From the NCBI GenBank assembly GCA_964057225.1, contig OZ059895.1:7316001-7380000 (forward strand): DNA of 64,000 bases, read 5' to 3'. This stretch comes from Auanema rhodensis (Eukaryota; Animalia; Nematoda). The notes under the pieces are model-generated. The model was not told the DNA's origin and searched no databases. It saw only the letters and a program-made list of their open reading frames with translations. A program made the translations under genes and the position numbers. This document shows, piece by piece, positions 37,906 to 51,076 of the stretch (positions within the stretch are counted from its first letter, which is position 1; every line of letters begins with the position of its first letter).

Positions 37906-40900
37906 GTTCCTGTTAAGTTGTTATGATAATCCCAATTTAAACTATATTTTTATTTTAAATAATTCCTCTTAATTGATGTACTTATATATATATATATATA
38001 TAATATATTTAATGTTCCCAGAGTTTAGTATATGAAATGGTAAAAAAAGAAAACAAAATATAGCAAAGTCAGAAGATGATACTTTCATATGATGAAGGAA
38101 ATGACAGACAAAGAGGGAATGATAACGATAGTTATAGAGAAAGAAAGAAACAGAGAAGAGATAGACACTGAAAAGGGGAGGAGAGAAAGAAAGAGAAGGA
38201 GAGCAATCATCTTTCAGATTTCTTCTGAATAGCGACAGGTTTTTTGCCTCCAGCGCTCTTCCTTCATCATATCTTCTCCTCTTCTTCTCCACCATCAGTT
38301 TGTTATTCTGTCATCAACGTCATCTACAGTCTACAGCATTATCTACACATTAGACGACCATAGAATGCTGTTCTTTTTACGCTCATAGATCTTTAAACAC
38401 TCATGAATTCATATTCTCTATCGTTTTTCGCTTTACGCTTTTCTTAGTACTAGTGCTTGTGTACATCCTATGTGGATCATGAAGATCACAATGACGACAA
38501 TAGCAAATAGAAGTTCACGTAAGTGAACAGGTGCCGAGTTGTATAAAGGCGAGAACAATTTAAACGATTCAATCAGATGTGCCAGGATAGTCAATTCTAT
38601 TCCAACTTCTATGTTTGAGAATTACCTCAAATATTTTATATTTCATTAACTATTACATATTATATATATAGTAATATATGTATAGTTAATGGATAAATTT
38701 ACTTTTTTAATTTTTATTATTTCATTAACTATTATAAATTATATAAATATTATTCATTATAACTATATGTATATTTTCAGATTCTTAACTCATAATGCTC
38801 AAAAACATCATTCTTCTTCTACTTACTGTTGCTGTAGCTTCATCACAATACTATTCTATCGCCAGCTCATATCCATACCTAACTGGAGCATATGCCCCAA
38901 GTCCATTAGCAGGTTAGATACATGTATATAATTTATGTTATAATTATATAATTTAATTTCTAATAATAAGAATAACATATAGTTTAAAATATATAATAAA
39001 AACAATATAGTTTGTTATCATTATAATTGGATGAAACAAGTTATCTCCATATTTTAGGTGGTGAACCAGCTACCGTACTCAATTCGATATCAGCTGATCC
39101 AGTGCCTGTGGCATCAGCTCCATCATTCTTCTACTCTCCACCATATAACCGTATTTTGGGTTAATCAGTATTATCAATTTGTATCGATATAATTACTAAT
39201 AACTATATATATATAGTTATTATTAATTAAATATAATCATTCAATCAATACTTAATACTGATGCAATCATTTTCTTTTTTTTATATTGAACATATTGAAG
39301 CTGCTGCCTTTCATGTACAGAAACTATCACAATTACCAATGAAATCATTAAGAAATCTCATTAATCTTCTCTTTCCATTTATCCTTCTCATACTATCTTT
39401 ACCTTATATACTATATGTATCATATAATAAAACTTCGTATTTTTTTCTTTCTTTTCTTGTTTTTTGAACAATGAAAATCAGAAGAAAACATACCTTTCAG
39501 TACTGCCATCACGATAGATGCGATCTTTCTTTGGTACATATTGATGTAATTCACGTAAATCAACCTGCAAATGAATAAACATACATCAAGTTGTATGAAA
39601 GGTCTCAAAACGATTTCGTTTTTTTTTCTTTTTTTTTGCCAAAAAAACTAGTCTTATTGTACTCCTAACTAGATCTCAATTGAAGTGTATACATTGCACA
39701 ACATGTATGAATTACCATTTCGCCTAGGGCAACACCAAATATTTCTGCTCCAGTATCTTGTAAACGTTTGCCAACTTCGACTACACGATCCCAATGATCT
39801 TGTGAAATGCCATCATTCATCAAAATCACAACCTATAACAATACATTGTTATATATGTTATATGCTTATTTCAAAAAAATAAAATACTTGAATTGCATCA
39901 GGACGTCGACCACGTTCAAGATCCATGATACTTAGCTCAACAGCTTGTGCCGTAAGAGTTGAACCACCATGATAATTGATATTTTCCAAAACATCTCTCA
40001 CAATCTAGATATATATAAATACTGTTAACTATATATGTATATTATATAAAACCTTCTTATCTCTGCCTAATCCCAGATTTTGACGAAGTACTGGTGTAGA
40101 GGTAAAGCTATTGATTCCAATAGCTACGTGTGTTCCTTCTGAAGATATTGGCAAACGTTCCACCAATGATAAAGCCAATTCGCGTTGATGCTCAAAAACT
40201 TCTTCACGTGAGCTAGATGCATCGAGTATGATTTGTAAATCAATTTGATGATATTTACATCTGAAAAAACATAATTATAAACATATAATTAATATAATTA
40301 TTCATACTTGAAGTTTGTTGCAGTTGCAAAATTAATTAAATTCTTATTTTCTAATTCTTGTAATGATTCCAACTTTGTCACACTTTTTGCAGCATGAAGT
40401 TTTGTTGAGCATGCTCCAATAAATTGAGTTACATCCTATAATACTTATTTTTTAGTATATAAAAAAATTATAATTATGCTAATTATGCTACGCTTACCGT
40501 AGTAAATCGATCTAACTTCTCGCCAAGATATAAATCTTCATCAATAGCTACAAGATGTCGAAGTTTGGTACTAACTCTTGCTGCATCAGCTAAGCTAATA
40601 ACTAATAGATCAGATATCTGTGTCAACTCATGTAACGGATTCTATAAATCATTTGATGTTTAGTTGAAAAATATTTTGAAATCAAAAATCACTTGAATCT
40701 CTTCATCAGAATCAGACCAATCACCACTTGATAGGAAAATAACAACTCCGCGTGATTCATTTCGACCATGAGTATGAAACTCCTAAACCATATCATATAT
40801 ATATATATATAATTTCTTTTAATTATTAATTATAATTAATATAATTACTTTATGAGCTGATGAAAGAAGTTTTGAAAGTGAAAATGGTTTAGTTGAACGT

Positions 40901-42429
40901 CCATGTTGAAGTCGTTCTAGTTCAAATAGTATATCACGCTTTGTTGATGAGGATGGTGATGAAGATAAAGCTAATTTCAAGCCATGATTTTCACCACTAA
41001 CTATTATACTGGAAGATAATCTTCTCTAAATTATTATATTATATGTATATAGTATAGTTAAATATACCAAAAATATATGTGATGGTAATGTTCGAATTAG
41101 ATCAATAGCATATTGCTTAAGACGATAGAAAGTTGCTTCTTCAACAGTATGATCAATGATGAAAATGAGATCAACTGGTTGACTACAAGATGTCGAGCCA
41201 ATTAAGCTTTCTTCGGGAATCTTAATCTTTTCAGTATTCTGAATATTTCAAATATAATTGATTATAGTACTAATACGATATACTTGATCTCCAGATGATG
41301 AAGAGCAAGTCATCAGAAGTGTTTCCATTTCATCAATAAATTGACGTCTACGAGCTTCAACATAAACATGGAACTTATCGCCAGCATATAATTCTAATTC
41401 TCTGGAGAAAAAATGAAATATAAGTTATTAACCATTCACATATAGTTAAACCTTATTTTATATTCTTCAGAAACTGTAATAGCATAGCTACCATTAACAG
41501 TAGCTTGAAGTCGAGATGCAGCCTTCAGAACATTTTCCCATATATCTTGACTATTTCCATCGGATACTAATATTGCTATTTGACTGAAAAATATATTATT
41601 TATAGTTAATATAGTAAAAATATTAAAATTACAGAGCTTTATCTCTTTTAGATGAATTAATTTCATCAATAGCTGCATTCACACCAGTTACAACAGAAGT
41701 ACTGCCACCAATATTTTTAATTTTCAATAATTCTTCAAGAACACGAGATCTTAAAAAAAATTATATCGTTAACTATATGTTATATATTAATTTACTTGGA
41801 TAAATTTTCATTTAAATGAAGAGGAGTGTATGCTTGTTTATTGAATAATACGATAGCTACACGTACACGAGATCCAACATCTTGATCAGGTAATCGTTTA
41901 ATCTTAATTATATTGATTATATGTTTATAGTTATTGGTTATTTTAACAAAAATATATAAAAATCTTACAACATCAACAGCAAATTCCAATTGTTTGTCAA
42001 ATTGAGTTTCAACACTTAATGAAACATCAATAATTAAAACTAAGTCAATATCACATTCTGAGCTTGTATCTATAAAATATTAAATAAAACTTGATTATAT
42101 TATATAATATAATATAATTATAATAAATTAATATGACCTGCTGCTTCTAATTTATTTAAATGAACAGATAGCTTGCTATCACTGGAATCCAATAATTCCA
42201 ATTCAGATTCAGCTCGAGCTGGTCGTTGAGTTTCAGAACCAACAGGCTCTTCTGTTATCGTTTCCTACATAATATATATAATTAGTATAGTTATATGGTA
42301 TATATATATATATGTTAAATATACCGTTGGGGTTGTTGAATCTTCTTCAGTTGTTTCAACCATTACTGTTGTTAATGAGGTAGGTATTGTTGTGGCTGTT
42401 GTTGTGGTTGTTGGTGTTGTTGTTAAAGG

Positions 42430-42461
<32 letters not shown>

Positions 42462-45400
42462 TTCTGATAATTTGTTGAATTTCCGTTAATTTTTCATTAA
42501 AATTTTCAGATGACGTAGCGCAATCTTGCGCTGTCATCAATTCCTTTGTTTTTGATAAGAATTGTTCCATTCTTGCTACAGAATAAACATTTGAAGGACT
42601 TCCCGTCCATGTCTAAATATTATAATTATAATTTAAATTATATGAATTATGTGATTACATCTAAATCTAATTGAGAATAATCTTCACTAGCAGTAAAAGC
42701 TAAAAGCTTGCTATTAGATACATGTTGTAAACGTCTGAAATAAATATAAATAGCATAGTTAGATGATAAAGAGTTAAGAAACTGACGTTGCCGTCTGCAC
42801 GAGCTCATTCCAATAATCCTGACTATGGCCATCAGTGAAGAGCAGAGTTACAACTCGAGCATTCGGACGACGTTGTGAGATTAATCGCTACAAATTATTA
42901 TATTATTATTATTATATCACATATTATTATATAATATTCTATATAATATATTATACCAAAAGAGTTAAATGAACACCAGCAACGGATGATGTTGTTCCTC
43001 CAACATGCTCTATATCATGTAGAACTTTTACAACTTCACCACGAGTTGTAGCTGATAATCCATATTCTATTTGAGCCGTCTAAAGATAAATATAGCATTA
43101 ATTAAAAGGATAACAATATAATATATGATAAGTTCAACTTACTCGAGCAAAGCTAGATATTCCAACTCGAATTCGACCTGACGAATATTCTTCAGGTGCA
43201 AATTGTTCAATAACTTGTATAGTTGACTGTATATAATTATAATATTATAAGTATTATAATTAATATAGTTACCTCAATTTCATGTTGGAAATCCATATTG
43301 ACACTTTGTGATGTATCAACAACTAATATCAAATCAATTTGACATAATCCCTGATGTGATGGCTATAAAATATTATTAATTATATACATATAGTAAAAAT
43401 AAATATAAATATTACTAATTGAATATCATGTAATAATGTAGTTGATATATCTTCTGTAACAATCGGTATTGTCGTTTCTTCAACACCTGAGCTTTCAGTA
43501 TCTTCAAGCATTCCTGAACCATCTTCACTCACTGTGCTTTCCTTAAACAATTAATTCCGAGAATTTAAAAGAAAATTTGATATAACTCACTGGACTCATT
43601 ACTTCAGCGTCTGTTGGGTTTTCTGTTCCTTCACCATCTGATTCTTCTTGAACAGTTGCTGTTTCAACGGAAGATGTGATAGAAGACGTTGTCGATGCTT
43701 CTTCTATGGCAGATGTAGAGGTGGATGAAGCATCTGTATGTTCAATGTCAACGGATATTGTTGTTGCTTCTGCTTCAAATACAGATTCTGTTGTTGTATT
43801 TTGCATATCGACAGTTGAGTCTATTACTGACGATGCTGTAACATCAGTTACAGCTTCTTCTGTTGCTATCTGTACAGAAAGTTCAGTTGTTGAGGTAGCT
43901 TCAGGTTCAGGAGATTCAGTTTCTGATATCATCATTGACGAAGTTGATGATACGTCTAAATCCGATTTAGTTTGCTGTATCTCTCCTTCTGTTGGAGTGA
44001 GATTTGTTGTTGTATCGAATGATTCAACAGGCAGTTCACTGACTAAAGGATCTACCGTAGTCTCCATTTCATCATCAGTTGTTTCTATAGGATTAGATGT
44101 GACTTCTTCATGAAGTATGAGCTTGATTGGTGGTGTTGACATTTCAGATTCTGAAACACCTGAGCCTTCATCAGTTTCAGTCATATCTGTAGTAGATTCA
44201 AATGATGTTGATATCATATCATTAGTAGTTGATGAATCAAAGTCGGAAGACATTTCCTTTAATAATATTAATTAATTATTATAATTTATATGATGTTAAC
44301 CTCTAAAACTTCCATTGAATTCATAATTGGAGCAGATGAATGAGATGATACTGATGGAATTTCATTATCTTTAGAAGATTGTATACAATCAGATATATAT
44401 TTAGATAAAGTTGGTATAAAGCTGTAAAGTTTTAAATTTAAAACTTTTAAATATATTTATAGTTAAAGCTACTTTTTGTATTTTGGTCCAACAAATAGAC
44501 GACTACTATGACCAACATAGATTAAAAGCTCATCTTCATTATAATCATCTGTTGCTGATACAGCAAATAGTTCCGAGCCAGTTTCCTTTAATTATATGAT
44601 ATAATATTAAAAATATAAATATATAATTAATTATAATAATTATAATATATATTATGATATAGTATACCTGTAGTTGTTGTCCTGTAGTCTGTACAACACT
44701 CCAATACTCTTGTCCATGGCCATCAGATATAAGCAAGAAAACCTATAAACAGTATAGTTAAATGAAACAATAATAAAAAGATTAAATAGAATTATAGATA
44801 AGGGAGACATACAAACCTGTCTAGCATCTGCTCGACGAGATTTATGAATTTCTTCAATAGCTAGTTGTACAGCTCCAGCAATACGTGTCTGTTGTCCAGT
44901 AAATTCAATAGCATTAACGATATCAATTATTTCTTTTCGGGATGCTCCCTTGGAAAAAGGCTTGATGACATTTGATGAAGCAGCAAATCGAACAATAGAA
45001 ACCTAAAATATTAAAATTTAAAAAAAAATTATTTTAACTATACATTATATTATATAAATTATAATATAATAGATACCTGAAGATGTTCATTAAAACTTGA
45101 TTCAGGAAATGAATTAAGTAATTCTAAAGCAATTTGACGTTGTTCTTGAAAAACACTGTAGACACTTCCACTTGTATCAATAACAATCACAAGATCAACC
45201 TGCAATGTAAATTTTGAAAAAAGAAAAAAGGAAAAAAAGAAAAATACAACCGGATATTGAATAAAATAAAATAAAATAAACTATATCAATATACATAATT
45301 ATGCTAATTTTTTTGAAAAAAAAAACAGAAAAAGGAAAGAAACATTAGCATATACATATATTTATAATTAAATTTTATTTTAATTCTTATAAAATTAATT

Positions 45401-46545
45401 TTTTTATTATAATTAATATAATTAAAAAATATTTACCTTTTCAAATCCACATTCTTGACCTTGTTCAAATATTTTTTCTTTATGTTCAGCTCGTTCAGTT
45501 CGAACACCATGAACGAAATGATGTTTAATAGATATATCACTTGATATATTATCATTTAAATTACAATATCCAAGAGCATCATCAAGTGTTAAATAAAACT
45601 TATTAATATCATTTGAATTAATTAATACACGTTCACGTTCTCCTGTATAACTTCGAAGAACATAATGATTTGAGTTTAAGCTTCCTGATATAGCAAAAAC
45701 ATTAATATTCATTATATTTAATGAATTTCTATAAAAATATATAAATTAAGAAAGAAAAAAAAAGATTTTTTTAGAAACATACGAAGCAATAACGCTTTCA
45801 GCTACTCGATCTTTATTATCACCGTCATGTACAAGTAGAATAAGTTTACGTGTTGATTTATGGTTTATCTATAATATTATTATTATAATTATTGATTATT
45901 ATTGATTATTATTGATTATTGATACCTTTTCAAATTGATCTGCAGCTTCTCTTAATGCTCGAGCTACTGAGCTTTCAGTTTGATTACGTGGTCGAACATG
46001 CTTAATAAACTGTTTAATCTGAAATATAGTTACATATAAACTATTTCAATTTGAATATATACTCGAGGAAAATCTTGGCTATGAGGTGAATCTAATGCTG
46101 ATACAACTACAGCTTCACGATTGAAAATGATTAGTGATAGATGAGTTTCGCGAATCGGATTTGCTTGCTCAATATGCCTGTAAAACATGAGTTGTTGCAT
46201 AAAAATGTGAAGGAGCTTGTAAGCATACTCAATTGCCCGTATTAAACGTTTTCGTTGTATATTGAAGATTGTTCGATTAGTTGTTGTAACATCAAGTAAA
46301 ATTACAAGATCAATTGGATCAGTTGATGATTTACAGATAACTAAAGTAAGTTTATAAATTAAGTTTGAAGTTTAAAATTTTAAAACCTTTTTCAACCTGT
46401 GAAGAATGAACAGTTGAGAATATAGATGTTATAATAATTATTAGAAAAGAAATATATCGCAGGTAGCCCTTAAATATTTTGAATAAGCTTTAAGAAAAAG
46501 ATAGAAATTACAAAGATTTACCTGCTTAATAAGCTGCCATCTCAT
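33952..46545 (-). CDS. Large secreted protein with eight von Willebrand factor A domains and Ser/Thr-rich mucin-like linkers
   Basis: Signal peptide MRWQLIKQGYLRYISFLIIIITSIFSTVHS. vWA first strands: DLVILLDVTTT, DLVIVIDTSGS, DLILVVDTSQS, DLVLIIDVSLS, DLIFIIDHTVE, DLQIILDASSS, DLLFLFDNTDK, DVIMVLDASGS. S/T/E-rich exon 43543-44253 and poly-Thr exon about 42325-42610. Stop at 33952. No TM helix seen. Confidence 0.88.
38541..38548 (+). promoter_or_regulatory. TATA box of the nested peptide gene
   Basis: GTATAAAG about 240 nt upstream of the TTTTCAG acceptor (ends 38780) that precedes the ATG. Confidence 0.5.
38795..39164 (+). CDS. 74-aa secreted Tyr/Pro/Ala/Ser-rich peptide precursor nested antisense in a vWA-gene intron
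   Basis: Exons 38795-38912 and 39058-39164: MLKNIILLLLTVAVASSQYYSIASSYPYLTGAYAPSPLAGGEPATVLNSISADPVPVASAPSFFYSPPYNRILG*. Clear signal peptide, canonical splice sites, upstream acceptor and TATA box. Confidence 0.85.
45888..45923. repeat. Intronic 10-bp tandem repeat (ATTGATTATT)n
   Basis: About three direct copies. Confidence 0.8.
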
Positions 46546-47563
46546 ATTGACGACAGTTTCTAAATTAACAAAAACATTTATAATTTTGTAAATTATATAC
46601 ATATAATTAAAGAAAAAAAAAAGATTATGTAAATGATATGAGAACAAGATATATACATACAAGACGATTTTCTAATCTGGCTGTTGCTTGTATATGAAAC
46701 ATGAGAAGACGATGTCCTTCCTCCTTTTCATTTCATGTTACTCATCCGCTTCCTTGACTTACAGATGTAAGGTGAAAAAGCAAAAAAGATTCTGTCTGAC
46801 CGTCTCATTTTCTTTACTTTCTCTCTCTTTTCTCTTACTATTTCTCTTTATAGGTATATATCTCTTTCCATATATGTATAGAGCCTTTTAAAAGAAATGA
46901 CATCCATCAAATACAAATTTTTACAATGGCTTTACATGTAATCACTCAGCTGTGAAATCTTCAGAGAACGACAAGTTTCTGGTCAAGTATAAGAGTAAAG
47001 AGAGAGAGAGAGAGAGAGAGAGAGAGTGTGTGAGAAAGAATAAAGGATATAGAGAGAGACAGAGAGAGAGAGAGAAATATATAAGACGAGAAGAAGATGA
47101 AAAGAAAAGAAAATATAAAAAAGAAAAATACATGAAAATTCTCAGGATATCCCGAATTATGATGAGGAGACGACATCTTCAGACGATGAGAGACGGAAAG
47201 GCGATAGCAACTAACTTTACAATCTATATTGCCTGAGGACAACTACGTTTGAATGAAATGAAATGAAAAGAAAGATAGATGAACATATTCTAATCGTTTG
47301 GCAAGTTGAATTGAAATTAAAAAACAATCTTTCACTTAGATTGGAATGAGGAAAAAGGCGAAATTTGGAAATGTCTTATACAGGTAGTTACGAAATCATT
47401 TAGATCAAGCTTTCAAAGATTAAAAAAAGTAAAATAAACATCAAAAAAACATTTTTTTCATCAGAACGTCTGATGTAAGTAAATTAGATTAGAAATGACA
47501 AAAAGTTCTTGTTTTTCATCTATCTGATAAGCTTAGATGGGTAGGAGATGATGATGTCTCTCT

Positions 47564-47615
<52 letters not shown>

Positions 47616-48764
47616 CATATGAGACGTCTCTGTTATGGGTATGGTGAGTGAAATGGAGGACTGTTGGCTACATGTTTGAAATGTTGTTTCAACATGATCT
47701 TTTCAGGAGAAATGTAAATTGAAAAGAAACAATTCGTCTGTAGGCATTATGTGAACACACCTCAGCTGGATATCATGATTTTATTTTTGAAATTTATGAA
47801 ACCTATGTATTCTTATATGAGATACATATAATCTTTGTTTTATATTGAACATGTTCACAGATTAATTTGATTGAACAAAGTTTCGATTAAGAAATGAAGA
47901 AGTTTTTGTAGAAATCATGAAAAGAATTCTTAAAAAATACGAAAAGAGAAAGAGAGAGAGAGAGATAGCGAGAGAAAGAAAGAGAGAAAGAGAGGGAGAG
48001 AGTGAGAAAGGTTTAAGAGTAAAGACAACACGATTACAATAAAGATGCAAGAATAAGTTGAGATTTGAAAAGAAAAATGCTGTCATGTATCAAAGTTTAG
48101 AGAATTGAACGAAGAAGGATAATGACTCCCTTCCTCCATTATATTCACAATAGAATGACCAATAAAACTGATTGATATAATGACAATCACATAGAACATC
48201 TGTCATCAGATTCAGATGCATAGGTATAATAGCTTGAAATGATGAATGAACATGCATGACACCGGATGATTGAAACTGTTTGCACAAGCTTTATAAGAAG
48301 AAACTTAACGAGCACTTCTGCACATCATCTGTTTCAACCAGTTGAATATCGTACAAATGCTATTCTGAAGATACATGAAAATAACTATGCAGAAATCATC
48401 AGAAGGGCTGAATCAGAATCATTATCGTATAACAATGAATTATCCTGATTATGACGTCGTCGTCGTCGTCGTCTACTATCAACCGATTGCAGTGACGCCT
48501 ACATCGTTGATGACAATTCCAATAATGATGAATGTGAACTAAAGGCTGGATTAAGCAGAAAAGAAAAAAATTATTTTTCTTTTTGAACATCATCATCATT
48601 ATCCTTGTGTTGTCAATTTTCTAATGATAATTGATGAAGACATCATTGAAAAGAACGGAAAAAGATCTCTCGGAAAGACAAAAAATTGTGTGAAAACTGA
48701 TTTTCTTGTATAAACATATGATTATTAATAGTTAGCTTTTCTCTTATTCTCTTTATTCGTATTT

Positions 48765-48773
<9 letters not shown>

Positions 48774-48855
<82 letters not shown>
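48774..48855. repeat. Interrupted (CT)n microsatellite
   Basis: Direct dinucleotide run. Confidence 0.95.
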
Positions 48856-48857
<2 letters not shown>

Positions 48858-49845
48858 ATAATCTTAACTATTAGATATTAGCCTCACATTCTTTGAAATA
48901 ATGAAAGAAAGAAAACGTTTTTAAAGAACATCAAGATAGTATATTCATTTTAGAGGATGTGATTGTCCAAGAACGAGTTCATGTACAGAACTGACCGCTG
49001 CTGTTGATCTTCTCTCCTCCTTCCGCTCGAATTCTTTTTTCCCAGCCCTCTCTCTTTCTTTTTCTCTCTCAATCTTTCCCTTATTCACTCTATTACATCC
49101 ATCAGATTTTGTTTGACACTCTCAAAACCCTTCTTCTTTATTCCCATCCTCTCAAAAACCCAAAAAAAAGCTGTCGAACATTCATTCACTGATGACATCT
49201 GAATTACATGTAATGACATTCTGGCTGTCAATTCAATCATCATTATCATCTTATCAATAATAAACAAAAGAATAATAAATTCCATATCTGTCAAAAGAAG
49301 TTTTTTGATTTGCATTTCCAATAAAAATTATTTATTTCCGGTCTATCGCTTATTAAAAGTTTTTTTTGTCGAAATGAACATACATACATAGAATGAGATG
49401 AAAGAAATGAAAATTCCACATCCTCACATTCCCAAACGAGATGACAGTTATGAACTGAAGACAACGAATTTGTCTAATTGACATGACTATTATTGACGGA
49501 ACATGGTTGTTGAAGAAGAAACTTGAACAAACTTTTCAATGTTCGACCATTTAAAAGGTGAATACGATGAGGTAGGTGATGTACATACATACATCTATAT
49601 ATGTATGTAAAGACATTTGACGAACATTGTTATATAAAAAGAAAAAGTTGATGAAAAGAGATGAGATATGAAGAAGAAGTGAGAGTATAGATATATATGT
49701 ATGTACATACATATTTACATATTTTTTATGAAAATTATATGAATAAATTTGTAAAATATGAGAAGTAGAAAGAGAGAGAGAAAGAGAGAGAAATAGAAAG
49801 AGAGAGACAGAGAGAGAGAGAGAGAGGGGGGGAGAAAGAGAGAGG

Positions 49846-49879
<34 letters not shown>

Positions 49880-50326
49880 GAAAGAAATTACTAATAGATA
49901 AGGAGGGTGAGAAATAAGTTAAAGCTTTTAAGCTAATAGTTAGAAAATATCATGAAATTAATTAAAAATTAGAAGATTACATCATGCTTATCTTAAACAA
50001 GATTTTCTGAAAATCCAGATAGACCAAAATTAATAGTTAAGTATAAGATCAGTAAATATAATTCTTAAAAGGATAATAGGAAAATTCTTTGATTATGGTG
50101 GCATATAGTTAAGAAAGAATTGTGGTAATGGTTAAATATAAAATAAAATAAAAAGAAACAAAACGTGTTGAAGTTGATGGAAATTTTTACGAAAAAAAGT
50201 TGTTTGATTATAATAAAAGTTTGATATATACAGTACGTCGAGGCTAATTCAGAATGTAAAGATTGATGTAATAAGGCTTTTCATGGTTATTCAATGATTA
50301 TACGAAGAAACATGAATGAAAGAACA

Positions 50327-50331
<5 letters not shown>

Positions 50332-50416
<85 letters not shown>
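50332..50416. repeat. Long perfect (AG)n microsatellite
   Basis: About 42 units. Confidence 0.97.
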
Positions 50417-50419
<3 letters not shown>

Positions 50420-51076
50420 TGAGAGAAAGAGAGAGGAAGAGGGTGATAGTTATATGTATATTCATTAAGAATATCTTTAACATTATATCAAATAGTTCAA
50501 GTATATCATCAATATGTTAAGAAGAATGATAATAGATTAGAAAGTAAAGGAACAAACTATCTATAACTGGTATATATTACACAAGAAACATATAATTATC
50601 TCATATATCAGTTGTTGAATCCGGGAAGGTTACAAGCTTCAAGCATCATATACTAGTTCTTGTGAAATCCAAACCAAAGTTTCGTCCAGTCAAGTTATGA
50701 ACTAAACTATGTCAACATGATGAATTTGCTTGTCAAAGTGAAAAGGAAAAAGTTTTTTGTATATTTTGAAAGATAAGCTAAAGCTTTAAGTATTAAAAAT
50801 ATTTTTTTATTAAACACAAATAATGCTGTAAAATAAGTTTTGTTTTATGAATTTACAAAATTAAATAATTTAACTATACAACTTTTTTTAATTTTAAGCT
50901 TCTTCTAAGCGTATGCTTACCCGTACAATCTCGATTATTTGGAGACTCGGTGAACTTCACACCAAAGTTTTTGAAAATTCATGGTGAAAATAAGTTATAG
51001 TTATTAATTCTTAACTATAATTATATATTTATTTTAAAAATAAATAAAAGAATGATAAATATTTATTACAATAAGT

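Noticed and set aside
43676-44113. 145-aa plus-strand ORF, and similarly 61769-62077 and 12560-12805
   Set aside because: Antisense shadows of real low-complexity exons
49568-49590. TGAGGTAGGTG..., let-7/miR-241-like seed
   Set aside because: No complementary arm to form a precursor, and not within a plausible 3' UTR as a target site
50918-50960. TACCCGTA miR-51/100-family seed (also on the minus strand near 59836)
   Set aside because: Hairpins too short or poorly paired; as a target it lies beyond the AATAAA that follows the lectin A stop
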